DNA of 21,037 nucleotides, from positions 1-21,037 of the forward strand of contig NW_021823726.1 of assembly GCF_006345805.1 (NCBI RefSeq), given 5' to 3'. This document shows positions 20,637 to 21,037 of the stretch, in pieces (the first letter of the stretch is position 1; every line of letters begins with the position of its first letter). The DNA comes from Octopus sinensis. Taxonomy: Eukaryota. The position numbers were made by a program, and so were the translations under genes. Below the pieces are notes generated by a model. That model was not told the origin of the DNA and ran no database searches. It saw nothing but the letters and a program-made list of their open reading frames with translations.

Positions 20637-20762
20637 GTGAGAGAGAAAGAGAGAGTGAGAGAGAAAGAGAGAGTGAGAGAGAAAGAGAGAGTGAGAGAGA
20701 AAGAGAGAGTGAGAGAGAAAGAGAGAGTGAGAGAGAAAGAGAGAGTGAGAGAGAAAGAGAGA
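20637..20762. repeat. Perfect minisatellite, 7 x GTGAGAGAGAAAGAGAGA (18 bp)
   Basis: 126 bp equals 7 identical units. Confidence 0.95.
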
Positions 20763-20764
20763 GT

Positions 20765-21037
20765 GCTTATTTTATCCACTATAATCAAGTCTAGTCCTCT
20801 TGCTTCAATAGTATGGTCAGTCATTATGGTGAAGTCCCACAAGAACTTGTAATTCTCATTTTCTATCTCAGCTTTGTGTTCATACCACTTTTCTGTTGTT
20901 CTGAAACCACATACTCGACTAACATCCCAATGCACTCTTTTGCCTACACAGTCATATCTACGCTTGTGCTCCTTTTGTTTGCTAGTGTACTTGCACTGAA
21001 AATGTTCCCGATACTCTCGTCTCCTTTAGCAATAGAA
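20765..21037 (-). mobile_element. Second R4/Dong-clade fragment (post-knuckle to start of RLE), cut by the window edge
   Basis: DESIGNIFS...KEHKRRYDCVGKRVHWDVSRVCG...KWYEHKAEIENENYKFLWDFTIMTDHTIEARGLDLIIVDK matches R4 YKRRHD..HW..WYEH..ENE..KILWDF.IQTD..RPDI. Confidence 0.88.

Overview
An AT-rich eukaryotic window, intronic or intergenic, saturated with microsatellites and decayed mobile elements. I find no intact host gene. The tRNA-derived SINE families and the mix of R4/Dong, RTE, Tx1, CR1-like and Penelope-like remnants suggest a coleoid cephalopod, probably Octopus. That assignment comes from recalled repeat families, not from a database search. Most ORFs in the supplied track are translations of simple repeats. 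Protein-level homology is limited to TE fragments: a Helitron PIF1 helicase (~4145-4355, -), an RTE 3' end (~8947-9256, -), two R4/Dong fragments (~11680-12420 and ~20765-21037, both -), a CR1-like ORF2 piece (~14498-15400, -) and an L1/Tx1 piece (~19991-20534, +). The most unusual structures are: (i) a near-identical A-B-A'-C-B' inverted duplication (5957-7188) whose inverted block spans the tail-to-head junction of an ~800-bp TG...CA unit; (ii) three minimal hammerhead-ribozyme-like motifs of the Penelope-associated type; (iii) a (TAA)n array holding an R4/Dong fragment next to an ~550-bp non-coding element; (iv) several fold-back/MITE structures. No new protein-coding system is supported by the sequence.
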